In this document: in pieces, positions 11,863 to 24,774 of the stretch | Layout: each line of letters starts with the position of its first letter | Numbering within the stretch: the first letter of the stretch is position 1 | Source of the DNA: Myxococcales bacterium | GTDB taxonomy: Bacteria > Myxococcota_A > UBA9042 > JABWCM01 > BTVJ01 | Length of the DNA stretch: 53,664 nt | Reading direction: 5' to 3' | NCBI GenBank assembly: GCA_045863395.1 | Contig: BTVJ01000049.1 | Location: forward strand, 1-53,664 | Notes under the pieces: model-generated | The model's database searches: none | Told to the model about the DNA's origin: nothing | The model's input: only the letters and a program-made list of their open reading frames with translations | Position numbers and translations under genes: made by a program

Positions 11863-13656
11863 ATGCGAGGGGTCCTGTGGTGCCTGCTGGCCCTCACCGG
11901 GTGCAGCGGCGACACCGTGCAGGGTGCCGCCTCCACCGATACGGCGGACGCAGCGGATGCCGTGCCCGATGGCGCAGACGCTCCCGTGGACTCGGGCGCC
12001 GATACAGGACAGGCGGTCTCTGTCGAGGACACCGCCGACTCGATGAGCGGCAAGGACACGGGGCCTCCTGACGCCGGGCACGACGGGGCCTCCGACGGTG
12101 CTGACGTCGCAGATGCGACCCCCGTTGACTCTCATGCGGAGGACACCGCGGCGGCGGACGCGGGCGACTCGGACCCGGAGGACTCGCACGCAGAGGACTC
12201 GTTCGCCGGAGACTCCGCACAGTGGGACTCGGGAGACGCGGAGCTCGCGGACGTCGCATCGGGAGACTCGGCCGCCGGGGACGCCCTGGACTCGGGCTCG
12301 GCGGACGTTGACGACGCGACACAGACGGACTCGGCGAGTGACACCGGAGACTCGGGCCCGCCCTTCGAGTACGCCTGGGAGCCTGGCGGTGCCTGCGGGA
12401 TGCCCCCCTACGAGTGGCTCCCGCCGGCCGCCGTGGGCGGCCTCGTCTCCTACGAGGCCATGCCACTCTACAGCCTGCCGGCGAGCACCATCGCGCTGCT
12501 GCTGGCGCAGCTCGGCTACCCCGGATCGCTGCCCATCGAGCACGGCACCCGCGTCTACCGCATCCGCTACGTCACCCAGGACCGCGGCGCGCCCGTCGAG
12601 GCCACGGCGATGGTCGGGGTGCCAGACCTGGCCGTCGGCGCCACGGACCCTGTGACCCTCGATACGGTGTTGTTCCTGCACCCGACCGTCGGGTACGCGA
12701 ACGCCTGCGCTCCCTCCGCCGGCCTCTACGGCGGGGCAGCGGCCGCCCTGCCGGCGTCCTTCGGCATGATCGCCGTCGCACCGGACCTGCTTGGCCTGTG
12801 CGGGACGGATGCGCCCTGCGGCGGCTTCCACCCCTACCTCATCGGGGAGCCGACGGCCATCGCAGCCCTCGACGCCGTGCGCGCCTCCAGCGAGCTGCTC
12901 GCGCTCCTGAAGCCGGAGCTCAACGTCGTCCCGAGCGGCACCGTCGCCCCGTGGGGCGGCTCCCAAGGCGGGCACGCGGCGCTCTTCGTCGATCGCTATG
13001 CCCCCGTCTACGCGCCGGAGCTGGACGTCCGCTGCGTGGTCGCCATCGTGCCCCCCTCGGACCTGGCCGGTCAGGCCGCCGTCGCCATGGCCCAGGTGGA
13101 CTCCTCGACGGCCCTCGGGACGGCCTTCCTCGCCGCCGCCCTGCTCTGGTACGAGCCGGAGGGGGGGCCGGCCGCGGTGTTCAACGCCAGCGGCACCAAC
13201 GACTTCGCCGAGCAGGTCGTCTCGGTCTTCCCGACCACCTGCGACACCGGCGACCTGGTCAAGGGCGCGACCTCGGCGGCGGACCTCTTCGCCCCCGGGT
13301 TCCTGTCGGCGGTCACCTCTGGCGACCTCTCGGCCGCTCCGCCCTGGGGCTGCATCGCAGCCGCAAACTCCGTCCCCACGGCTCCGGTCCCGCTGCTCAC
13401 GGAGAGCGAGATCCTGTTCATCCTGGGGAGCGCCGACGAGATCGTGGACCACGCCACGGAGATCGCGGCCTTCGAGACCCTGTGCACGCAGGGCTACCGC
13501 ATGGAGCTGGTCGACTGCGCCGGCGGGAGCCACACGGACACGGCCGTCGACACGCTCCCGCTGCAGGTTGCGTGGGTGGCCTCCTGTCTGGCGGGTGAGA
13601 CCATCCCCGAGGAGAAGGCCTGTGTGGTGACGCCGCCGGCAGCGTGCACGCAGTGA
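11863..13656 (+). CDS. Lipoprotein with secretory lipase (alpha/beta hydrolase) domain
   Basis: Lipobox LTGC, Asp/Ala/Ser-rich linker, YRIRYVTQ, nucleophile elbow WGGSQGGHAA, candidate Asp (GSADEIV) and His (GGSHT). Alternative start at 11848. Confidence 0.85.
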   Translation: MRGVLWCLLALTGCSGDTVQGAASTDTADAADAVPDGADAPVDSGADTGQAVSVEDTADSMSGKDTGPPDAGHDGASDGADVADATPVDSHAEDTAAADAGDSDPEDSHAEDSFAGDSAQWDSGDAELADVASGDSAAGDALDSGSADVDDATQTDSASDTGDSGPPFEYAWEPGGACGMPPYEWLPPAAVGGLVSYEAMPLYSLPASTIALLLAQLGYPGSLPIEHGTRVYRIRYVTQDRGAPVEATAMVGVPDLAVGATDPVTLDTVLFLHPTVGYANACAPSAGLYGGAAAALPASFGMIAVAPDLLGLCGTDAPCGGFHPYLIGEPTAIAALDAVRASSELLALLKPELNVVPSGTVAPWGGSQGGHAALFVDRYAPVYAPELDVRCVVAIVPPSDLAGQAAVAMAQVDSSTALGTAFLAAALLWYEPEGGPAAVFNASGTNDFAEQVVSVFPTTCDTGDLVKGATSAADLFAPGFLSAVTSGDLSAAPPWGCIAAANSVPTAPVPLLTESEILFILGSADEIVDHATEIAAFETLCTQGYRMELVDCAGGSHTDTAVDTLPLQVAWVASCLAGETIPEEKACVVTPPAACTQ

Positions 13657-13698
13657 GCGCACGCTTCGGGCGCCCGTGACCGTGATCCTTGCAGGCCC

Positions 13699-16419
<2,721 letters not shown>

Positions 16420-16589
16420 GTCGTCATCTCCTGTCGTGGTCGCACGGAGGAAGCGGCTCGCTGCGCCGGCCGTCTCGCGGAACCGCTCCAGGGTAGTTCA
16501 CCCGGGCCCGTCGTTCAATGCGAGCCGAGGCGCCCGTGCGAAGGCGGCGCCCCGAACGTGACGCTTGGTGCGCCAGGAAGACATTCCGC

Positions 16590-16622
16590 TTGACAGGGCC
16601 GCGCGGAACGAATATTCATTCC
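16590..16622 (+). promoter_or_regulatory. Sigma70-type promoter (-35 TTGACA) overlapped by putative TetR operator O1
   Basis: TTGACA at 16590-16595. Near-palindrome GGAACGAATATTCATTCC at 16605-16622 covers the expected -10 region, just upstream of the TetR start. Confidence 0.75.
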
Positions 16623-16654
16623 GCCGTTGCATCGAGCACGGAGCACGGGGCCGC

Positions 16655-17224
16655 ATGATCGACGAGTCACCAAAGCGGGAGGCCATCCTCGAAGCGGCGC
16701 TGGCGCTGTTCGCCGAGCGGGGCTTCCACGGGACGGCCGTGCCCCTCGTCGCCCAGCGGGCCGGCGTTGGCGCCGGCACGCTCTACCGCTACTTCGAGAG
16801 CAAGGAGGCGCTGGTCAACGCCCTCTACCAGCTCTGGAAGGGCAGACTCACTGGAGCGCTGATGGCCGGCTTCCCCGTGGCGGCGCCGACGCGCGAGCAG
16901 TTCCACTCGCTCTGGGAGCGGGCCGGGCGCTTCGCGACGGAGCACCCGGAGGCCATCGCCTTCCTGGAGCTGCATCACCACGGGGCCTACCTCGACGACG
17001 ACAGCCGCGCTCTCACCGAGCGCATGCTGCGACCCATCGAGGCGATGATCGTCGCCGCACAGAGGACGCAGGTCTTCAAGGAGTATCCGGCACCGCTGAT
17101 CATCGCGCTGGTCTGGGGGGCGTTCGTAGGGGTGGTGCGCGCGAGCTGGGAGGGACATTACGCCCTGACCCCCGAGATCCTGGGGCAGGCCGAGCACTGC
17201 GTGTGGGAGGCGATCCGCCGGTAG
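16655..17224 (+). CDS. TetR/AcrR family transcriptional regulator
   Basis: KREAILEAALALFAERGFHGTAV..VAQRAGVGAGTLYRYFESKEAL HTH signature. Confidence 0.96.
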   Translation: MIDESPKREAILEAALALFAERGFHGTAVPLVAQRAGVGAGTLYRYFESKEALVNALYQLWKGRLTGALMAGFPVAAPTREQFHSLWERAGRFATEHPEAIAFLELHHHGAYLDDDSRALTERMLRPIEAMIVAAQRTQVFKEYPAPLIIALVWGAFVGVVRASWEGHYALTPEILGQAEHCVWEAIRR

Positions 17225-17248
17225 GGTCACCCCCTTTTTTATCCAAAA

Positions 17249-17270
17249 CAGGAATGAACGTTCATTCCTG
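17249..17270. promoter_or_regulatory. Perfect 22-bp palindrome, putative TetR operator O2
   Basis: CAGGAATGAACGTTCATTCCTG equals its own reverse complement and shares the GGAAYGAA-N2-TTCATTCC core with O1. Confidence 0.8.
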
Positions 17271-17291
17271 ATCGCCATGAGGAGCCAGACC

Positions 17292-18182
17292 ATGAAGAAC
17301 ATCCTGATCACGGGCGCGACGGCGGGGATCGGGCGACACGCGGCGCTGCACCTGGCGCGACGGGGCCACCGCGTGTTCGCCACGGGCCGCAAGCAGGAGG
17401 CCCTCGCGAGCCTCGCAGCCGAGTCCCAGGGGCTGCCCCTGGAGACGCTGCGCCTCGACGTGTGCGATCCGGCGTCCATCGAGGAGGCACGGGCAGAGGT
17501 CGCCCGACGCACGAACGGGCACGGCGTCGACGTGCTGATCAACAACGCGGGCTATGGCCTCGCCGCCCCGCTGGCAGAGATGCGCGACGCCGACCTGCGC
17601 GCCCAGTTCGAGACCAACGTGTTCGGCGTGATGGCCGTCACACGCGCCTTCCTGCCCCCCATGATGGAGCGGGGTGTGGGCCGCGTGATCAACGTGAGCA
17701 GCATCGGCGGCCGGGTCACCTTCCCGCTGTTCGGCGCCTACCACGCGTCCAAGTACGCGCTGGAGGCGCTGTCCGACGCCCTGCGCAACGAGGTGGCGCC
17801 GTTTGGAGTCCGGGTGGTGCTCGTGGAGCCCGGGCCAGTCCGCACCAACTTCGCCGACACGAGCCTGGCCAGCGTCCAGCCGTACAGGACCGCGACCTCC
17901 GCCTACGGCCCCGTCTTCGCGCTGGCCGAGCAGATCCAGCGGCAGGCGGACGCGATGGCGGTGGGGCCCGAGAGCACGAGCCGCGTCCTGGAGCGCGCCG
18001 TCTCCAGCCGCCGCCCGCCGGCGCGCTATGTGGTGCCGTTCAGCTCCGGTTTGGTGCTCTGGGCCATGCGACTTCTGCCGACCCCGGTCCTCGACGCGCT
18101 GATGCGGCGCTTCATGGGGCTCCTCCCGGGTCGCCTGCGCCGGGGCGCGCCGGCCGAGGCAGAGGTGCGCCTCGCCGCCTGA
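17292..18182 (+). CDS. SDR family oxidoreductase
   Basis: TGATAGIG, INNAGYG, NVSSIGG and catalytic YHASK. GAGGAG RBS before ATG 17292. Confidence 0.95.
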   Translation: MKNILITGATAGIGRHAALHLARRGHRVFATGRKQEALASLAAESQGLPLETLRLDVCDPASIEEARAEVARRTNGHGVDVLINNAGYGLAAPLAEMRDADLRAQFETNVFGVMAVTRAFLPPMMERGVGRVINVSSIGGRVTFPLFGAYHASKYALEALSDALRNEVAPFGVRVVLVEPGPVRTNFADTSLASVQPYRTATSAYGPVFALAEQIQRQADAMAVGPESTSRVLERAVSSRRPPARYVVPFSSGLVLWAMRLLPTPVLDALMRRFMGLLPGRLRRGAPAEAEVRLAA

Positions 18183-18318
18183 GCACACGGAGCTCCTTCC
18201 TGGTGGGCCGGACTGGCTCGGAGAGGCTTGCGGTCCGGGCGTGCGCGAGCCATCGTAGGGGGCCGCCCTCGGACGGTCCGCAGGGCAACCTCGCCCTCAT
18301 GCTCAAGGTGGTGCGCCC

Positions 18319-19305
18319 GTGCCCCCCGGATTGCTCGGCTCCACGCTCCTCCGGTCCCTCGCCGTCGTCGCAGCGCTCCTCGTGGCGTCCACCGCCGCCC
18401 GAGGGGAGCCCCCCGCCGCACCCAACCCGTCGCCCATGCCGCAGACCGAGCCCCCCATCACGGTCGGCAAGTGGCCCGAGGGCGTCGTCGTGACCGCGGG
18501 GTCCATCTGGGTGGCGGAGAGCGGGAAGCGCCGGGTCCTGCGGCTGTCTCCCGACGGCGCCGTCGAGGCCACCGTCCAGGTGGGGCGCCTTCCGGTCAGC
18601 ATGGGCGTCGGCCCAGACGGCGCCCCCATCGTCCTGGTGGTCACCGACAGGCGGGTGAAGCGCATCGACCCGAAGTCCAACAAGGCCACCACGGTCGCCA
18701 CCCTCCCCGAGCATGGCGAGGCCATGGCCGTCGATGGCGACCACGCCTTCGTGCTCCTCTGGAAGGGGGGCAGCTCCGCGGGGTCGTCGGTCCTGCGCGT
18801 CGACCTGCGCACGGGCAAGACCGCCCGATCCGCCGACACGGGGCGCAACGCCTTCGGGATCGCCGCGGGTGGCGGCCACGCGTGGATCGCCGCCGAGGGT
18901 CGCGTGGCCGTCGTCCGCGCCGACACGATGGAGCGCCTGGCGGACGTCCCGATGCGCGACCGCCCCTTCGAGGCCGCCTTCGGTGCCGGCGCCGCCTTCG
19001 TCTCCGACGGCGGGTCCGTCGTGCGGCTCGATCCGCCGACCCGCACCGAGACCGCGCGAGCCTCCATCGGGGGGCGCGTGGCCGCCCTGGCTGCCTTCGA
19101 CGACGAGGTGGTCGCAGCCCGTGAAGACGGGGAGCTGTGGCGCCTCGACCCGTCGACCCTGGCCGTCCGCACGAGACTCGCCCCCGCGAGCCCCTTCACG
19201 CCGGTGACCCTGGCCCGCAGCGGCAAGGTGCTCCTGGCATCCCACCATGGCTCCGCGGACGCCAACCCCGAGCATGGCACGCTGCTGCGGATCCCCTTGG
19301 AGTGA
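18319..19305 (+). CDS. Secreted beta-propeller (YncE/Vgb-like) protein
   Basis: Signal peptide; repeated blades (VGKWPEGVVV..IWVAE, VGRLPVSM, TGRNAFGIA..AWIA, VxRxDP). Start codon uncertain. Confidence 0.75.
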   Translation: MPPGLLGSTLLRSLAVVAALLVASTAARGEPPAAPNPSPMPQTEPPITVGKWPEGVVVTAGSIWVAESGKRRVLRLSPDGAVEATVQVGRLPVSMGVGPDGAPIVLVVTDRRVKRIDPKSNKATTVATLPEHGEAMAVDGDHAFVLLWKGGSSAGSSVLRVDLRTGKTARSADTGRNAFGIAAGGGHAWIAAEGRVAVVRADTMERLADVPMRDRPFEAAFGAGAAFVSDGGSVVRLDPPTRTETARASIGGRVAALAAFDDEVVAAREDGELWRLDPSTLAVRTRLAPASPFTPVTLARSGKVLLASHHGSADANPEHGTLLRIPLE

Positions 19306-19512
19306 CCCGCGCCGGCCCTGCGCTCTGCCGGCGAGAGTCGAGACCGTTCCAGGGGGCGACGCTCGCGTTGCTCGCCGCGTGAGCCGCCTCGTAGCGTCCA
19401 ACGGAGACACGCGCGGCTGACAGTGCCTCGTGATCCGTCTATGCTCCGTGGGCGCCGTGCCGCGCGGTAGCGGAGGCCCGGGTGCAGGGCCGCTCAGGGC
19501 TTGGGAGCTGGA

Positions 19513-21567
19513 ATGAAGACGCTGTTGTGGGTGCTGGGAGCGGCGTGGCTCGCCGCGTGCGTGGATGCCGCCGAGGGGCCAAAGGGGCTCGCCGACGCGA
19601 GCGTCATCGACACGTCCGACGCGGGCGATGCCGCAGCGGGCGCCGGCGACACGAGTGACCCGAGCCCCGATGCCAGTGGAGGCGACGGAGGAGTGGCCGA
19701 TGCCAGTGGAGGCGGCAAGGGGGATGCCGGGGATGCCGCGGACGCCGGGGATGCCGCGGACGCCGGGGATGCCGCGGACGCCGGGGATGCCGGGGATGCC
19801 GCGGACGCCGGGGATGCTGCGGACGCCGCGGACGCCGGGGATGCCGCGGACGGCGGGACGGACGACGCGGCGCCAGCGGATGTGGACAGCGGCGCAGGGA
19901 GCGACTCCGCAGATGGCCCGTGCGACGGGGTGAGCTGCGACGACGGCGACCCGTGTACGGTCGACTCCTGCGACTCGGTCACCGGGGAGTGCGCGAACGA
20001 CCCGAAGAGCTGCGACGACGGAGACCTCTGCACCGTCGACGGGTGCAGCCCATCAGGCTCGTGCACACACACCGCCCTCGCCTGCGAGGCCACCGACGCC
20101 TGCTCCATCGCGGCCTGCGACCCGGCCTCCGGCGCCTGCGGCACGAGCCATATCGCCTGCGACGACGGCCTGGGCTGCACCGAGGACTCCTGCGATCCGG
20201 TGACGGGCTGCACCTTCACCCCGCTCTCCTGCGACGACGCCGACGCGTGCACCCTGGACGACTGCGCGGAGCAGGCCGGGGCCGGCGCCTGCGTCCACAC
20301 GGCGCTCGCGTGCGACGACGCGGACCCATGCACCACCGACTCCTGTGACCCGGCGAGCGGGTGCGTCCACGCACCCGTGCCCGGCTGCGCCGCGTGCGCG
20401 ACGGGCACGGACTGCGACGACGGGGACGGGTGCACGAAGGATCTCTGCTCGCCCGTCACGAAGACCTGCCTCCACGAGCCGAAGGTGTGCGACGACCTGA
20501 ACGCGTGCACGGCAGACGTCTGCCAGCCGGGCGGGAGCTGCGCGTACCTGCCCCTGGACTGCGACGACGGCGACCCGTGCACGACGGACGGCTGCGTCCT
20601 GGCGAGCGGATGCACCCACGCCCCGGCCGACTGCGACGACGGCGACCCGTGCACCGACGACGGGTGCGCCGGCCTCGAAGGGTGCTCGCACTCCTCGACC
20701 GACTGCGACGATGGCGAGCCCTGCACGGTCGATACCTGCCTCCCGTGGGAGGGCTGCTCCAACACCCCGACCTCGTGCGAGGACTACGACGAGTGCACCC
20801 TGGACCTCTGCGCCCAGGACGGGTGCCTCCACCTGCCGGTCGCCTGCGCGGACGACGACCCCTGCACCCTGGACGCCTGCCTCTCGCCCGGCGGGTGCTC
20901 CAACGAGCCCGTCTGGTGCGAGGACGGGGACGCCTGCACCGAGGACCTCTGCCTCCCCGACGGCGGCTGCGCCCACCCGACGCTCGCCTGCGCCGACGGG
21001 CTCCCCTGCACCCTCGACCTGTGCGACCTGCTCGCGGGCTGTGTGTTCGTGTCCACCTGCGACGACGGGGACCCGTGTACGGCTGACGCCTGCGGCGCAG
21101 GAGGGTGCAGCCACACGCCGATCACCGCCTGCGCGTGCCTCGTGGACGATGACTGCGAGGACGGGGATCCATGCACGGATGACGCCTGCGACGGGGCGGC
21201 GAGCCTGTGTGACCACGAACCCGTCTCTTGCCCCGACGGTGACCCCTGCACCGTGCCCACGTGTGACCCTCAGACCGGGGACTGCTCAACGACACCCGAC
21301 GACTGCGACGACGGAGATCTCTGCACGGACGACCTGTGCGACGAGGCGCTCGGCGGGTGCGTCAACGTGGCGGCGCTCTGCGGGGACGGCGACCCGTGCA
21401 CCGTGGACACCTGCGCCGCGGTCACCGGACAGTGCGCCCACCAGGCGAAGCTCGACTGCAACGGCTGCGTGACGGCGGAGGACTGCGACGATGGAGACCC
21501 GTGCACCGTCGAGGTGTGCGAGCCGGCTGGAGGATGTTCTCACCAGCCGGCTGCCGGGTGCCCGTAA
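19513..21567 (+). CDS. Cys-rich repeat lipoprotein (~21 CDDGDPCTxDxC repeats), no catalytic domain seen
   Basis: Lipobox LAAC, GDAADA linker, about 21 repeats counted by eye, ends AGCP. Confidence 0.88.
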   Translation: MKTLLWVLGAAWLAACVDAAEGPKGLADASVIDTSDAGDAAAGAGDTSDPSPDASGGDGGVADASGGGKGDAGDAADAGDAADAGDAADAGDAGDAADAGDAADAADAGDAADGGTDDAAPADVDSGAGSDSADGPCDGVSCDDGDPCTVDSCDSVTGECANDPKSCDDGDLCTVDGCSPSGSCTHTALACEATDACSIAACDPASGACGTSHIACDDGLGCTEDSCDPVTGCTFTPLSCDDADACTLDDCAEQAGAGACVHTALACDDADPCTTDSCDPASGCVHAPVPGCAACATGTDCDDGDGCTKDLCSPVTKTCLHEPKVCDDLNACTADVCQPGGSCAYLPLDCDDGDPCTTDGCVLASGCTHAPADCDDGDPCTDDGCAGLEGCSHSSTDCDDGEPCTVDTCLPWEGCSNTPTSCEDYDECTLDLCAQDGCLHLPVACADDDPCTLDACLSPGGCSNEPVWCEDGDACTEDLCLPDGGCAHPTLACADGLPCTLDLCDLLAGCVFVSTCDDGDPCTADACGAGGCSHTPITACACLVDDDCEDGDPCTDDACDGAASLCDHEPVSCPDGDPCTVPTCDPQTGDCSTTPDDCDDGDLCTDDLCDEALGGCVNVAALCGDGDPCTVDTCAAVTGQCAHQAKLDCNGCVTAEDCDDGDPCTVEVCEPAGGCSHQPAAGCP
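19720..19851 (+). repeat. 9/18-bp coding tandem repeat encoding (GDAADA)n
   Basis: Reiterated ggggatgccgcggacgcc units. Confidence 0.9.
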
Positions 21568-21662
21568 CCAAGCCCGCCGCCGCGACCTGCGCCTCGACAC
21601 GCCCCGCACCGTGCGGTAGCTTGAACCTTCGACACACCTCGCGCTTCGAGAAGGAGCCGACC

Positions 21663-23000
21663 ATGGAATCTCCCTCGCGCCTGGGCCTCGTGACGCTGCT
21701 CCTGGCAGCGCTCGCGGCCCCCTCCGCCCGCGCCGACGTGCCGCGGACGCTCACCGTGCAGGGGCAGGTGCTCACGAGCGGCGGGTCCCCGGCGAGCGGC
21801 CCCGTGGACATCGTCCTGAAGCTCTACGCGACGCAGACCTCTCAGACGGCGCTCTACACGCAGAGCCTGGGAAGCGTCACCCTGAGCGGGGGGCTGTTCG
21901 ACGCGGCGCTGGGGCCCCTGCCTGACGGGCTCGTCGAGGGAGCGGACTCCCTGTGGCTGGAGACAGTGGCCGCCGGCGTCGCGCTCCCGCGCCAGCCCCT
22001 GCGCTCGGTACCGTGGGCCATCGTCGCGCACCGGGCCGTGGTCGCCGCGGGGGTGAGCTGCACCGGCTGCATCGGGGCGTCCAGCGTGCAGTTCCCCTAC
22101 GCGGCTTCCGCGTCGGTGGGAGGCTCAGCCCTCGACCTGGACTGCCAGGGCTGCGTCACCGCCACGAAGATCGAGGGCGGCGCCATCACCACCACGCACC
22201 TCCAAGGGGCGTCGGTGACCCCCGACAAGCTGTCGCTGATCTATGCCGGAGCCAACACCGCCGGTGGCCCCGCCAAGGACCTCGCCTGCACCGGCTGCGT
22301 GAGCGGGGCCGAGATCGAGGCCAGCCCGAAGCTGGCGGGGAACGTCGAGGCGAGCGGCTCCCTGACCGCCTGCACCGCCGGCGCAGCCGGGTGCCGCATC
22401 GCCGTCGGCGCCGCGGCGCTGGTGCCGCCGGGCGACGGCTGGCTCGACCTTCAGGTGACCGAGGGGCTGCGGGTGCGCGGGCCCGGTGGCAGCGGCTACC
22501 GGCCCATCATCTTTGCGGGCGGCACGTCGACGGGCTCCCTCGACATCCAGGGCGGCCTGACGACGAGCGGGGCCGTCGGCATCGGCACGACCAACCCGGC
22601 GGCGAAGCTCCACGTGGTGGGCAGCCTCCAGGTGGATGGCTACATCTCGTCGAAGAACCTGCGCGAGGTGATCTGGTCCACCAGCACGCAGGGCAGCTAC
22701 GACCTGCGCGCCATCTTCGACGCCGCCCGAAGCGCCGGGCTCCCGCCCGGGCTCTTCGACTGCGTGCTGCGCACCACCAACGGCGCCCACTGGAACGGCT
22801 ATCGGTTCACCGCGGCGCTGAACTACTACATCGGGTGGTCGGCCTACACCCACTACTTCCACAACGCCTACGCCGTGAACGCGGGCACCTCGGGGTGCAG
22901 CATCAGCCTCCAGTCCTTCGATGCCTCGACGGGCACCTTCTTCTTCACGCCCGGCAACTGCGTCCAGTCCGTGCACCTGGTCTGCAGCAACCTCTGGTAG
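21663..23000 (+). CDS. Secreted fibre-like protein (QG-type N-domain, CxxC repeats, GIGTTNP motif, unique C-terminal tip)
   Basis: AAGGAG RBS, signal peptide ending ARA-D, VPRTLTVQGQVL..GLFDAALG..LRSVPWA, CTGCI/CQGCV/CTGCV repeats, GAVGIGTTNPAAKLHVVG. Confidence 0.8.
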   Translation: MESPSRLGLVTLLLAALAAPSARADVPRTLTVQGQVLTSGGSPASGPVDIVLKLYATQTSQTALYTQSLGSVTLSGGLFDAALGPLPDGLVEGADSLWLETVAAGVALPRQPLRSVPWAIVAHRAVVAAGVSCTGCIGASSVQFPYAASASVGGSALDLDCQGCVTATKIEGGAITTTHLQGASVTPDKLSLIYAGANTAGGPAKDLACTGCVSGAEIEASPKLAGNVEASGSLTACTAGAAGCRIAVGAAALVPPGDGWLDLQVTEGLRVRGPGGSGYRPIIFAGGTSTGSLDIQGGLTTSGAVGIGTTNPAAKLHVVGSLQVDGYISSKNLREVIWSTSTQGSYDLRAIFDAARSAGLPPGLFDCVLRTTNGAHWNGYRFTAALNYYIGWSAYTHYFHNAYAVNAGTSGCSISLQSFDASTGTFFFTPGNCVQSVHLVCSNLW

Positions 23001-23321
23001 TCCCACCGAACGCCGGCGTCCGAAGGGGCCACCGTCAACGAATGTCCCTGGGGATATGATGACGTCCTCGTAGCCGGGCAGCGGTCCCGGGGCCCGGTGC
23101 GCCCTGGCCGCGTCATGGATTGTAACCGCTCCGCGTCACCTGGAAGCGGGCCAAGCGCCATTGACTTCGTGGTCTTCCGGGCTCGCAGTGTCGGCAACGG
23201 CCGCGCCACGGAGGCTCACGAGTGCGGTGCCGAGACATCTGCCGAGATACCCGGGTCTGGACAGCCTCCGCCGAGCGGTCTACGGTGCGGGTGTCGAGCG
23301 TCGTTGCAGGGGAGGATGATC

Positions 23322-24764
23322 ATGAGACTCCCGATCCCGTGCGCGTTGGTGCTCGCAGCCTGTGCCGCATCGAGCGACTCACCGCCCGGAACGACCGGAG
23401 GCGGGGCGGACGGCGTGGTAGACACCGCCGCCCCTGTGGACGCCGGCATGGCAGACGCCTCGGACACCGCGACGCCGGGACCCGGAGACGCCGCCGTCGG
23501 AGACGCCGCCGTCGGAGACGCCGCCGTCGGAGACGCCGTCACGGACCCGCTCCTGTCCCAGCTCTCCAACAGCGACGGGTGCTTCGTGGAGTGTGGCGGG
23601 CCTCCGCCCGGGCCGGAGTGCGTCGTCTGGTGCGAGCAAGTCGAGGCGGCGCCCCCGTGGGAGTGGGACCCGCTCCGGTGCGAGAAACCCCACTACATCA
23701 GCGACTCGGCGGACTTTCCAGACTCTCCCACTGGCGACCCGGAGTGCTGGGCCCCGCCCGAGTCCTGGTGCGCCTACGGTGGCGGCGGCGCCGTCACCCC
23801 GGCGTGCGCGCCCGACGGCAGCGCCTGCTGCTCCTTCGGGAGCACCTGCATTCCCTGCGGCTGGGTGAACTGCATGGAGGCAGGCGCTCCGGACTTCTGC
23901 GCCCCCCTCGTCGGCCAGGACGCCGACCCCTTCGCCTTCGCTCCATGCCCGACGGGTCTTCCACAGCAGATGAGCTGCATCCTCTGCGGCACGGCGCTCG
24001 TCTGCCCACTGCCGAAGCCGCTTCCACGAGGGAATCCGCCGGAGTGCCCCTTGGACTCGCCGTTCGGGCTCGCAGGAGGCGCCTGCGACTTCCCGGAGAC
24101 AGTCTCGTGCCTCTACCCGGCCCTCGGGTGCCCGGCCGGCGCCAAGGCCGCCAACACCTGCCGGTGCGAGGGGGGCTTCTTCAAGTGTGAGCGCCCGTTC
24201 CACCACTGCGTCCCCATCCCGTCCGCGGCGGCCCCGGACGACCCACTTCGAGCCGCCCCTCCCCATCGACCGGAGGCTCCGACCTGCCCCGAGCCGCCCG
24301 CCCCCTCTGCCTGCGCCGCCTCCTACGCCGACGCCAATCATCCTTCTACCTGCGAGACCACAGCGGACTGTGCGGGAGACTCCATCTGCCTGGACCAGGC
24401 CCTCGGCCCCGACAGCACGTCGTGTGGGTGTCACCCCGTGGGGTGTCGCGCCGACGCGGACTGCCCCGGCGGCCAGGCGTGCGTGTGCGGGACCCTGACT
24501 CCGGCCTCCTTCTGCGGCGGGCTGGGCGCCCCGCCCTGCGGTCACACCTGCTTCGAGGCAGACTGCCTGACGGACGCGGACTGCGGGCCTGCGAGATACT
24601 GTGTGCCAGACGGCACCTGCACGGGGGCGCTGCAGCAGGGCCCGCTGCGGTGCGTGGATGCTGTCACCGATGCGTGCTTCAGCGACCTGGAGTGCACCGG
24701 CGACGAGCGGTGTCGAGGTGTGGGCAAGTCTCGCGTCTGTGAGGAGCCGCCGATCTGCGACTGA
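23322..24764 (+). CDS. Cys/Pro-rich lipoprotein
   Basis: GGAGG RBS, lipobox LAAC, 15-bp GDAAV tandem at ~23484-23540, CxxDxDC motifs. Confidence 0.8.
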   Translation: MRLPIPCALVLAACAASSDSPPGTTGGGADGVVDTAAPVDAGMADASDTATPGPGDAAVGDAAVGDAAVGDAVTDPLLSQLSNSDGCFVECGGPPPGPECVVWCEQVEAAPPWEWDPLRCEKPHYISDSADFPDSPTGDPECWAPPESWCAYGGGGAVTPACAPDGSACCSFGSTCIPCGWVNCMEAGAPDFCAPLVGQDADPFAFAPCPTGLPQQMSCILCGTALVCPLPKPLPRGNPPECPLDSPFGLAGGACDFPETVSCLYPALGCPAGAKAANTCRCEGGFFKCERPFHHCVPIPSAAAPDDPLRAAPPHRPEAPTCPEPPAPSACAASYADANHPSTCETTADCAGDSICLDQALGPDSTSCGCHPVGCRADADCPGGQACVCGTLTPASFCGGLGAPPCGHTCFEADCLTDADCGPARYCVPDGTCTGALQQGPLRCVDAVTDACFSDLECTGDERCRGVGKSRVCEEPPICD

Positions 24765-24774
24765 CAGGGCGCTC

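Noticed and set aside
22060..22300. CxxC repeats as multiheme cytochrome motifs
   Set aside because: No His follows the second Cys (CxxCV/I).
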